Positions 16,787-24,665 of a stretch of 32,000 bases of DNA are shown here, in pieces; position 1 is the stretch's first letter; the number at the start of each line of letters is the position of its first letter. This DNA is from Mycolicibacterium smegmatis (GTDB lineage Bacteria; Actinomycetota; Actinomycetes; Mycobacteriales; Mycobacteriaceae). The translations under genes and the position numbers were made by a program. A model generated the notes under the pieces. That model was not told where the DNA came from, searched no databases, and saw only the letters and a program-made list of their open reading frames with translations. The DNA lies in the NCBI RefSeq assembly GCF_001457595.1, contig NZ_LN831039.1, positions 6,000,001-6,032,000 on the forward strand, given 5' to 3'.

Positions 16787-17685
16787 CGCCGGACGGCCGA
16801 GAACCGGCGCACGACGATCCTGACCGCGTTCAGAATCGCGTAGGTCAGAGCGACAACGCCCGGCCGGGCGTACCGCACCGCCGACCACGTCGCTCTGGCC
16901 ACCCCGCTCAGTGACCCAGCCGAGACCGCCGCACTCACGGGACTGGTGCAGAGATAGTCGCCGAGAACCCGCGGTGACTCCGGCGCAAGGTGGCGTAACC
17001 CCCAGCGGATGTATATGCCAGTTCGATCGGTGGTGTCGCGGGAGACCGAACGGCCGTGCACGTTGTAGATGGTCAACGGTTCGGGGAGTTGAATCACGCG
17101 CAGGTCGGGCACGGTGCGCTGTACCCGTATCAGCCAACTGGGCTCATCGTGGGGTTGGTCGAGCGGTGCGCCCCACGGAATCGATCGTGCCAGCGCGGTG
17201 GGGAAGCACAGGGTGGACGTCTGCAGATTGGCGTTGCCGAATCCCAGTCGCTCGAACCGGAACAGATACTCCGCCACGGCCTCTCCTGGCGCGATGAGGC
17301 GCTGGGGCCATATGCGCCGCCGATCGCCCGGCCCGTGGACCAGCATCCTGGAGGACACGATCCAGTGGTCGTCGCCGAACTCCTCGACTGCCGCGAGCTG
17401 ACGGGTCAGCTTGGTCGGCCGCCACAGGTCGTCATCGTCGAGCAACGCGATGACGGTCCCCCGTGCGGCATCGATACCCAGTTGCCGGCTTCGTGCCGGG
17501 CCGTGACCGGGTGGTGCCGCGAGAACCTTGATCCGATCGTCGCCCGGGAGGCGCACCTGCACATCCGGTTCCGCGACGACGAGAATCTCATCGACGGGAT
17601 ATGTCTGCCCGAGCGTCGACTGGACGGCACACGCGAGAGACGGTCTGCCGATCGTGGCGATCACCACGCTGACGCTGGGTTTCAT
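16783..17685 (-). CDS. family-2 glycosyltransferase
   Basis: MKPSVSVVIATIGRPSLACAVQSTLGQTYPVDEILVVAEP... with the DxD region ALLDDDDLW. ATG 17685 shares 1 nt with the upstream gene stop (TGATG). 300 aa. Confidence 0.85.
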   Translation of the reverse strand: MKPSVSVVIATIGRPSLACAVQSTLGQTYPVDEILVVAEPDVQVRLPGDDRIKVLAAPPGHGPARSRQLGIDAARGTVIALLDDDDLWRPTKLTRQLAAVEEFGDDHWIVSSRMLVHGPGDRRRIWPQRLIAPGEAVAEYLFRFERLGFGNANLQTSTLCFPTALARSIPWGAPLDQPHDEPSWLIRVQRTVPDLRVIQLPEPLTIYNVHGRSVSRDTTDRTGIYIRWGLRHLAPESPRVLGDYLCTSPVSAAVSAGSLSGVARATWSAVRYARPGVVALTYAILNAVRIVVRRFSAVRR

Positions 17686-18884
17686 CAGCTGTCTGACCGT
17701 ACCGATCGACCGCGAAAGTGAGTGGCGGAGAACAGCAACGCGATGCATACGAAAGTGGGAATCATGTTGTACAGCCACGGGCCGTACATGATGTCCCAGA
17801 TGCCCTGCAGTGCCACTGTGACGCCCAGCGGTGCCCATCGACCGAGCCTGGTGAAGTTCCACACGATGCCGAGGCATGCCACCAGCAGTGCCGCGGGTAG
17901 GAGCACTGCCAGCACGCCTCCTTCGGCCCAAGAGCCCAGAAGAATCGAATGCATCGCGGAATAGTTGGTGGGCGGTAATTCCCAGTACACGTCGAAGGGG
18001 AACGTCGGATCGAACCCAAGCCGGGTCGCAAGATGCTGGGCGCGCGTGTACACGTCGGGGGTCAGGTTCATGGCACTTCCCCAACCCAGAAGCGGATGCT
18101 CGAGAATTGCGGTGATGCTCATGGGTGGTTCGGTCCGGCCCGCGAGCAGTAGCGGCACGTTGAACGCGTCCTGCTCGATGGTCTTGCGTTGCAGTGCCGA
18201 TCCGAACAGTCCGGTGCGAGCGACCATCGGCATCACGTACGCGAACGCCACACCGATCATGATGAGACCCGCGAACTGCCATCCGCGGCGGAGTCTGGAC
18301 CCAAAAATGTGATCTATCAACAAGGTTCCGGCGGCGAGGAAACACACCAGCGCGTGCGCGCGATAGTTCAGCCCCAGACTGGCCAAACCGAGCGCGAGCA
18401 GCGCAACCGGTATCACCAGGCGCGGTGCCCGCAAAATCGTCAGACCGAACACGAGGACGATCGTCACGGCAGCGGCGATGCCGTATTTCCAGGTATCCGC
18501 GAAACGCCCGGTGTGGGTCAGTTCGATCCCCTCCGTCACGAAGAAGACGATCGCGCCGACGGCCAGTCCTGCCAACACCACTGCGATCGAGTCGACTGCA
18601 CGCCTTGTGATCACCGTCAACCCGATGAAGTACAACCCGAAAGCCGCAGGCGCAAGGGCGTTCGGCCACAACACGCTCACGTCGTTCACCAGACACGACG
18701 CGAGGAACGAGATCCAGCCCAGAGCGGCGAGCAGAAGAGGTAGGACGTCGATTCCCCGGTGCGACATGAGGAACCACGCCGGCGCGATCAGCAGACATAT
18801 CAGGGACAGTGCTGTCACCGTCACGTTGGCGCCCTGTATCGCCGAGGCTGCGGCAGCCACGAAAATCAAGATCTGGCCGGGCAT
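17685..18884 (-). CDS. Wzy_C / O-antigen-ligase-family integral membrane protein (polymerase or ligase)
   Basis: About 10 predicted TM segments plus an extracytoplasmic loop. Family-typical blocks are HPLLGWGS and AMHSILLGSWAEGGVLAVLL (compare hP.fG.G and HNsyLq.laE.G..G). The start is uncertain: ATG 18884 was chosen, and GTG/TTG candidates lie about 66 nt upstream. Confidence 0.7.
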   Translation of the reverse strand: MPGQILIFVAAAASAIQGANVTVTALSLICLLIAPAWFLMSHRGIDVLPLLLAALGWISFLASCLVNDVSVLWPNALAPAAFGLYFIGLTVITRRAVDSIAVVLAGLAVGAIVFFVTEGIELTHTGRFADTWKYGIAAAVTIVLVFGLTILRAPRLVIPVALLALGLASLGLNYRAHALVCFLAAGTLLIDHIFGSRLRRGWQFAGLIMIGVAFAYVMPMVARTGLFGSALQRKTIEQDAFNVPLLLAGRTEPPMSITAILEHPLLGWGSAMNLTPDVYTRAQHLATRLGFDPTFPFDVYWELPPTNYSAMHSILLGSWAEGGVLAVLLPAALLVACLGIVWNFTRLGRWAPLGVTVALQGIWDIMYGPWLYNMIPTFVCIALLFSATHFRGRSVRSDS

Positions 18885-19067
18885 TACGGAATGCACTCGG
18901 CTTTTGTCCTGTAGCGAACAGGGTGCGAGCTCGGTAGTTGTCAACACACACCCCCAATTGACCGATGCGCGCAAAAGTTGACGATAGCTGTTTACGCGGT
19001 TTCGCGTGGCGAAGTCGTAGCTCCCGTTACCATATTCCTCGTCAGATCCTTTGCTAGCGGAGGCAAT

Positions 19068-19616
19068 GTGTCGATCACACAGCCGAACCGATCGCTGGCC
19101 GCGCGGCGTGGCAGGTCCTACGACAAGGGCCGTGGCCTCTGCGCGCAGATCCTCTGGGTCGCAGCGTCGAACCTCGTCTTCACGCAGGTGTGGTGCCCGA
19201 GCCGGCTTCGGTGCGCCATGTTGCGCTGGTTCGGCGCCCAGATCGGAGAGAACGTGTTGATCCGGCATAGGGTCACGGTCCAGTGGCCGTGGAAACTCAC
19301 CATCGGAGACAACTCCTGGATCGGTGTCGGCAGTGAGCTGTACAACCTCGACCAGATAGTCATCGGATCCGACGTCTGCATCTCGCAACATGTCTTCCTG
19401 TGCACCGGCAGTCACGACCGCAGGTCTCCGACCTTCGAATTCGACAATGGGCCGATCACGATCGAAGACGGTGCGTGGGTGTGCGCACGCAGCACCGTTC
19501 TACGCGGAGTTCGTATCGGCGCGAACTCCGTCGTCGGCGCCATGTCGCTCATTCAGCGCGATGTGCCTGCGGACTCGCTGGTCCAGGCCTCACAACCGAC
19601 CGTCAGCCGGATGTGA
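19068..19616 (+). CDS. WcaF-like hexapeptide O-acetyltransferase
   Basis: GTG 19068 lies 4 nt after GGAGG (19059-19063) and gives 182 aa. The protein is colinear with my recollection of E. coli colanic-acid WcaF (…[37 protein letters not shown]…LCTGSHD…): MLRWFGAQIGENVLIRHRVTVQWPWKLTIGDNSWIGV…LCTGSHD. Confidence 0.85.
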   Translation: MSITQPNRSLAARRGRSYDKGRGLCAQILWVAASNLVFTQVWCPSRLRCAMLRWFGAQIGENVLIRHRVTVQWPWKLTIGDNSWIGVGSELYNLDQIVIGSDVCISQHVFLCTGSHDRRSPTFEFDNGPITIEDGAWVCARSTVLRGVRIGANSVVGAMSLIQRDVPADSLVQASQPTVSRM

Positions 19617-19620
19617 CGAC

Positions 19621-20745
19621 ATGCGCATCCTGCAGGTGGTGACATTGTTCAGTCCGGACGGTCTGTACGGCGGACCCACCCGCGTGGCACTCAACCAGAG
19701 CGCCGAACTGGCCGGCCGCGGGCACGAGGTGACGATCGCGGGGGCGGCACGTGGTTACGAGGCATTACCGAGCGAGCTGAACGGAGTGCCGGTCAAACTG
19801 TTTGCTGCCACAAACATATTGCGCCGATCAGGGTTTGCCTGGACCTACGCCCCAGGTCTCACGAGCTGGCTGCGTCGCAACTGGCGCGAATTCGACACCG
19901 TACATGTTCACTTGGCGCGCGACCTCGTCACCATGCCGGTGGCCGCAGTGGTGCGTCGGCGCGGAATCCCGTATGTGCTACAGACACACGGCATGGTCGT
20001 GCCGACGAACCATTCACTTGCCACACCGCTGGATCGGATGTGGACCCACGACATTCTCCGTCACGCGCGTGCAGTGTTCTTCCTCGACTCGGTGGAACGG
20101 GAACAGCTCATCGCTGTCGCCGGGCCTGATCTGCGGCTCGTAGAACTGGGCAACGGCGTACCTGAGTACCCCACCGCCCACTCGGGCCGAACTTTGGGGC
20201 GAGCACCGGAGGTGCTTTTCGCAGCGCGCATGCATGCGAGGAAACGACCCGTGGTATTCATTGAGATGGCAAGGGAATTGCTTGCATCCGGCATGGACGC
20301 CCGATTCACCTTGGTGGGGCCGGACGAAGGTGAGGGCCCGGCCATTCGGGCAGCACTCGGTGGAGATCCGCGGATCACCTGGGAGGGTGCGCTGAGCCCC
20401 GAAGCCATCCCGGCACGGATGGCCGAAGCAGATGTCTACGTGCTCCCATCCGTTCGAGAACCGTTCCCGATGTCGGTACTGGAGGCGATGTCGGTCGGCC
20501 TGCCTGTTGTCGTGACCGACGACTGCGGCCTGGCACCGATCATCGAGCAGTGTGGTTGTGGTGCCGTCACCGACCCGTCGGTGTCCGGTCTGGCGGCGGC
20601 CGTCGGCGCGATCCTCCGCGATCGCGCGCATACCAAGTCGATCGGCGAACGCGGCAGAGAAACCGTGGTCGAACGCTTCGGCATGCGACCAGTCGGGGAT
20701 CGCCTCGTGAGCACGTACTCCGACGCCCTGGTAGGTGCGCCATGA
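19621..20745 (+). CDS. family-4 (GT-B) glycosyltransferase
   Basis: MRILQVVTLFSPDGLYGGPTRVALNQSAELAGRGHEVTI at the N-terminus. The E-x7-E region is PSVREPFPMSVLEAMSVGLPVVVTD. 374 aa, and the stop overlaps the next ATG (ATGA). Confidence 0.9.
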   Translation: MRILQVVTLFSPDGLYGGPTRVALNQSAELAGRGHEVTIAGAARGYEALPSELNGVPVKLFAATNILRRSGFAWTYAPGLTSWLRRNWREFDTVHVHLARDLVTMPVAAVVRRRGIPYVLQTHGMVVPTNHSLATPLDRMWTHDILRHARAVFFLDSVEREQLIAVAGPDLRLVELGNGVPEYPTAHSGRTLGRAPEVLFAARMHARKRPVVFIEMARELLASGMDARFTLVGPDEGEGPAIRAALGGDPRITWEGALSPEAIPARMAEADVYVLPSVREPFPMSVLEAMSVGLPVVVTDDCGLAPIIEQCGCGAVTDPSVSGLAAAVGAILRDRAHTKSIGERGRETVVERFGMRPVGDRLVSTYSDALVGAP

Positions 20746-21401
20746 AGAAAAACGAGACGGTTCACCAGCGGATCCGGTGGGTCATCGGCCTCTTCCTCGG
20801 CCTGCAGCTGGTTCTCGCGTCCACACTCGCCTGGACACCGGCCACAGCCGGCGTGCCGCCGGTGACCATCGCCGTGATCGGTGATCAGAACACGGCCGGC
20901 ATCAAGAACCGGGTCGTCTGGCCGACGCTGATGGCTGCGAGAAACGGTTGGTCGGTGTCCAATTACGCACTCCCCGAATCGGGTTTCGCGGCAGACGGAA
21001 TGGGTGGCCAGGCCTTCAGGTATCAGGTGGAACGTGCGCAGGCGCAGCACCCGCGCGTGATCCTGCTGATGACCGGCACTGCCGACGCCTCCGTGCCGGA
21101 GATGACTGCGGTCACCGTCGGAGCGGTCGAGGCGATCAACAAGGTCATCCGGGGTGGTCAACAGGTGGCCGTGGTCGGTCCGTTCTGGTACGAAACACCC
21201 GTTCCCGAGTCAGTTCGTCGGGTTGACGACGCCGTTCGGAAAGCCGCCGCGCAGACCGGGGTGCCGTATTTCGATGCCCTTGACCCGCCCCTGTTCACCA
21301 GGGCTCAGATGCACCCTGACCGCACTGGCCCGAGCGATGAAGGACAGTCGATTGCCGCGGACAAGATCGCGACATGGCTCCGAACGCAGGTCCTGAAATG
21401 A
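20742..21401 (+). CDS. exported SGNH/GDSL-fold protein with degenerate catalytic blocks
   Basis: Signal peptide: MKKNETVHQRIRWVIGLFLGLQLVLASTLAWTPATA. Block I reads IAVIGDQNTAG (Gln where the nucleophilic Ser is expected). Block III reads GTAD (GxND expected). Block V retains His (MHPD) but no Asp at -3. 219 aa. Confidence 0.7.
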   Translation: MKKNETVHQRIRWVIGLFLGLQLVLASTLAWTPATAGVPPVTIAVIGDQNTAGIKNRVVWPTLMAARNGWSVSNYALPESGFAADGMGGQAFRYQVERAQAQHPRVILLMTGTADASVPEMTAVTVGAVEAINKVIRGGQQVAVVGPFWYETPVPESVRRVDDAVRKAAAQTGVPYFDALDPPLFTRAQMHPDRTGPSDEGQSIAADKIATWLRTQVLK

Positions 21402-22150
21402 ACAGCACTCGCTGGCTGGACCTCGGCGCAATCACCCTCGCGGCCGCGATCGCGCTCGGCATCGCCGGAATCTCCCGCCCTGAGGTCGTGACAACGCCTT
21501 ACTCGACGTCGTCCTCTGTCCGCGAAGACCACGCACCGCCCGACACACGACCGCTCGCATTGTTCATCGGTGATTCGTACACCGCGGGTGAAAGCTCTGC
21601 CGAGTTGTCTTATGCATGCCGGGCGGCGCTTCGGATGGGCTGGCTGTGCGCGCTGTCGGCGGTCGGCGGGACGGGTTACATCAGCGGCGGCCCGGCGAAT
21701 CGCTGGGACGATCCGTACACCGGCAAGTCGTTGTCGTTCATCGAACGTATCCCCGGGCTGTCCGCCAAGTACGACCCCGACCTGGTGGTGCTCGACGGAG
21801 GACGAAACGACGATTTCGCCCCACGCACATATGCGTTCGAGGAAACGGTCTCGACACTCGGTGAGGTGCGCCGGGCATGGCCGCGGGCTCAGATCGTCTT
21901 CGTCCGGCCCCGTTTCCTGGACGACCCCACTGACGATTTGGGTATGACCGACGAGTTCATGGCACGCCTGAAGGCGACGCCCGACGCCAAAGGGGTGATC
22001 TTCATCGATCCGCTCAGCACGTTGTCCGGCACAGATACGTCAGATCTGCTCGCATCGGACAAGATTCACCCCAACGCCGAAGGAGAAAAGCGGATTCTCG
22101 CGGCTCTGATCGAAGCACTTCAGACGCGAAACGTCAGGCCACCGTCGTGA
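21398..22150 (+). CDS. membrane-anchored SGNH/GDSL hydrolase or acyl-esterase/transferase (catalytic blocks intact)
   Basis: N-terminal TM anchor: LDLGAITLAAAIALGIAGI. Block I is FIGDSYTAGE, block II GGTGY, block III LDGGRNDD and block V DKIHPNAEG. The ATG overlaps the upstream stop (ATGA). Confidence 0.8.
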   Translation: MNSTRWLDLGAITLAAAIALGIAGISRPEVVTTPYSTSSSVREDHAPPDTRPLALFIGDSYTAGESSAELSYACRAALRMGWLCALSAVGGTGYISGGPANRWDDPYTGKSLSFIERIPGLSAKYDPDLVVLDGGRNDDFAPRTYAFEETVSTLGEVRRAWPRAQIVFVRPRFLDDPTDDLGMTDEFMARLKATPDAKGVIFIDPLSTLSGTDTSDLLASDKIHPNAEGEKRILAALIEALQTRNVRPPS

Positions 22151-22797
22151 ACCCCGTGCTCGTGACCTATCTGCGCCTCCTCCGAATTCGGTGGCGGTGG
22201 CTCGTGTGGGGCGTCTTGCTTGCACTCGCGGTTGCGACGGTCGTGTTGATCCTTCAACCACCCATGTACCAGTCAAAGGCGACAGTGCTGGTCCGGACGC
22301 CTGGCGACGTCAGCCGCGTCGTCGACGGCGGCGATACTTATGCTCGATCACGCGCCGCGACCTACGCGCAGCTGGCGAAAAGCTCGACTGTGGCCGAACG
22401 CGTGATCGCCGATCTCCACCTCGACATCGCACCGGCCACCCTGTCCTCGCGAATCAACGCGGAGAACGTCCCTGGGACCGCGCTCATCACCGTAACGGCA
22501 AGCGCGCCTTCTGCAGGGCAAGCACAGCAGACGGCCACTATGTTCCTCTCTGGATACGGAGCCACGGTACGCATGTTGGAGTCGGTTCCCGGATCGCTGG
22601 TTCCGCGTGCCGAACTCGTTGTCGTCGACCCGCCCGGGATGCCCAGCCGGATGGTCGCGTCGGGTGTGCCGCTTCCACTCCTCCTCTTCGGGGTCGCGCT
22701 CACAGGCCTGGTAGCAGCTGCCACCATCGTGGCGGTTCGGTCGGCACTGCACCCCTACGCGGAAACGGAAACCGAACCTTCGGGGGTGAAGGGTTGA
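22147..22797 (+). CDS. short Wzz-like polysaccharide co-polymerase (no kinase domain)
   Basis: TM1 is followed by the Wzz signature QPPMYQSKATVLV. A Pro-rich segment (VDPPGMPSRM) precedes the C-terminal TM (LPLLLFGVALTGLVAAATIVAV). 216 aa, and the GTG start overlaps the upstream stop (GTGA). Confidence 0.75.
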   Translation: MNPVLVTYLRLLRIRWRWLVWGVLLALAVATVVLILQPPMYQSKATVLVRTPGDVSRVVDGGDTYARSRAATYAQLAKSSTVAERVIADLHLDIAPATLSSRINAENVPGTALITVTASAPSAGQAQQTATMFLSGYGATVRMLESVPGSLVPRAELVVVDPPGMPSRMVASGVPLPLLLFGVALTGLVAAATIVAVRSALHPYAETETEPSGVKG

Positions 22798-23459
22798 ACC
22801 TGAAATCTTTTGTCGCTGCGGCACAGCGGTTCTGGTCGACGTATCTGCTCGTCGCCGGGTTGGTTCTCATCGTCGGCGCAGCCGCGATAATGATGCTGCC
22901 CGTCACATACGTCTCATCGGCGCGATTGATGGTGTCGATCGAGGGATCGACGACTGCGGCGGCGTACCAGAACGAAGAGGTTGCTATCCGGCGCATCCGC
23001 ACGTACATCCCGCTGCTGAAAAGCGATGTGGTGACCCAGCGCGTCATCGACAAACTCGGTTTACCCATGACAGCAAAGCAACTCGCCGAAGAATTGTCCG
23101 CCACCAACGTTCCACCCAAGACCTCACTCATCGACATCAGGATCTCCGACTCGTCACCGCAACGTGCGGAACTGATCGCGAACACCGTCGCGCGGGAGTT
23201 CGTCGCGTACACGGCCGCGATCGAGACGGCGACCGGCGAGGACGATCAGAAGGTTCAGACGACGATGGTCAGCGACGCGACGCCGGCGCGCAGGGACCCG
23301 GTCGAGCGAGCCTTGCTCTATCTGTTGGCAGCACTCGCAGCCCTCCTGCTCGGCGGAGCGGCGGTGTGGCTTCGCGCATCTCGTGAGCAACTCGATGCCG
23401 ACTCGGACGACCCTGTCGGCCGCGCACCGAAAGCCGCTCAAACAGTGGAAGGCAGCTGA
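22794..23459 (+). CDS. short Wzz-like polysaccharide co-polymerase paralog (no kinase domain)
   Basis: The TTG start overlaps the upstream stop (TTGA) and follows GAAGGG. TM1 (YLLVAGLVLIVGAAAIMML) is followed by PVTYVSSARLMV. The C-terminal TM is ALLYLLAALAALLLGGAAVWL. The long ORF-track N-terminal extension (22191-22793) is an Arg-rich alternate frame of the previous gene. Confidence 0.7.
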   Translation: MNLKSFVAAAQRFWSTYLLVAGLVLIVGAAAIMMLPVTYVSSARLMVSIEGSTTAAAYQNEEVAIRRIRTYIPLLKSDVVTQRVIDKLGLPMTAKQLAEELSATNVPPKTSLIDIRISDSSPQRAELIANTVAREFVAYTAAIETATGEDDQKVQTTMVSDATPARRDPVERALLYLLAALAALLLGGAAVWLRASREQLDADSDDPVGRAPKAAQTVEGS

Positions 23460-23470
23460 AAGCGGCGTCG

Positions 23471-24457
23471 TCAGGAGTTCCGTGCAATACACTGTTGCTC
23501 GCGGAGCCATTCGACGGTAGTTGCGATACCGTCACGCAGATCCACGCGAGCCTGCCACCCCAGCAGCATGCGCGCCTTCTCGACCGACGGCCATCGCCGC
23601 TGGACGTCGACCTCGAAGGTCGGCACGTTCTCCAGTGCGAAATCCTCTGGATCCAGCCCACACGCCGTCCAGATCATCTGTGCGATCTCGGCGATTGTGT
23701 GTTCCTCTGAGGCGGAGATGTTGAAATCCTGGTTCTCGCCCGCCGGATGGAACATCGCCGTGACGATGCCGTCCGCAATGTCGTCGACATGTGTGAGCGT
23801 ACGGGTCTGCGTACCGGAGCCGAAGATCTGCAATGGGTGCTGACCCGAGAGCGCCTTTCTGATCAAGTCGGGGACGGCATGCGCGATTCCTGGCTCCGTG
23901 TCGGGCAGTTCGCCGGGCCCGTATGCATTGAACGGCCGGCAGATGGTGAACGGCAGGCCGTGTTCCTCATGCACGGCGCGGCAGTAGATCTCACCGGTCA
24001 GCTTCGAGAAGCCGTACGCCGATCGTGGTGGGCGACAATCCAGCAGGTGTTCTTCCGTGGTCGGAAACTGCGTCGCCTGCTCGAACACCATCGACGAGGA
24101 CACATAGACGAGTCTTTCGACTCCTTCACGAAGTGCCGCGCTGAACACCGAGTTGTACAGGCCGGTATTCATCTCGAGGAGCGTGTGCGGAAGCCTGTGG
24201 AAGTTGGCGATGCCGCCTACGATCGCTGCGAGATGGATGACGTGGGTACATCCATCGACAGCCGCCCGCGCCTCGTCGGCGGAACGCAGATCCCCGGTGC
24301 GTATCTCACACGCCTCGTTCATCCACTGCGGTGCCGGCCGTTGATCGCACACTCGGATCTCGTAAGCGCTCTCATGCAGCAATCGCCGAACTACCGCGCT
24401 GCCGATCGTCCCTACGCCACCGGTGACGAGTATCCGGCTCACTTGGCGCCAGCGCAC
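23471..24457 (-). CDS. NAD-dependent extended-SDR nucleotide-sugar epimerase/dehydratase
   Basis: Rossmann motif ILVTGGVGTIGS, catalytic YGFSK (YxxxK), and typical length and C-terminal substrate domain. The start is GTG 24457 or GTG 24442 (VSRILVTGG). Confidence 0.85.
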   Translation of the reverse strand: MRWRQVSRILVTGGVGTIGSAVVRRLLHESAYEIRVCDQRPAPQWMNEACEIRTGDLRSADEARAAVDGCTHVIHLAAIVGGIANFHRLPHTLLEMNTGLYNSVFSAALREGVERLVYVSSSMVFEQATQFPTTEEHLLDCRPPRSAYGFSKLTGEIYCRAVHEEHGLPFTICRPFNAYGPGELPDTEPGIAHAVPDLIRKALSGQHPLQIFGSGTQTRTLTHVDDIADGIVTAMFHPAGENQDFNISASEEHTIAEIAQMIWTACGLDPEDFALENVPTFEVDVQRRWPSVEKARMLLGWQARVDLRDGIATTVEWLREQQCIARNS

Positions 24458-24665
24458 ATGCGCGCAGAGCCCAAATCGGCTCTCCCAGTACCGCAGCCAT
24501 CGTCAAGAATATGCTCACACACACATCGACCGATGCTCACCCGCATGGCCACCTTCCCCCTAGGGGCTCAACCCCCGCAACCAGTCGGACCCAATGTTAC
24601 GCGCAATGATGGCTGCCGGCGCCCGCATTGACGTACTCGAAACCACACCAGGAGCACCGAGATCA

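Noticed and set aside
18885-19067. Sigma-70-like promoter hexamers (two TTGAC motifs at about 18958 and 18978) in the divergent region between the Wzy/GT2/Wzx operon and the WcaF operon.
   Set aside because: No properly spaced TANNNT -10 element follows either motif, so I could not support a specific promoter call from the sequence alone.
16787-19415. Very long N-terminal extensions of the three minus-strand genes in the ORF track (to 17137, 18957 and 19415).
   Set aside because: Each extension lies inside the upstream gene in another frame and is Arg-rich. The internal ATGs at 16786, 17685 and 18884 give proteins of family-typical length. Those at 16786 and 17685 also form 1-4 nt stop/start overlaps with the upstream gene.
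22191-22793. A possible single 422-aa protein (ORF 22191..23459), or a frameshifted fusion of the first two Wzz-like genes.
   Set aside because: The first 200 codons are an Arg-rich alternate frame of the 22147..22797 gene. Both Wzz-like proteins are complete on their own (TM1, signature, Pro-rich segment, TM2), so no frameshift is needed.
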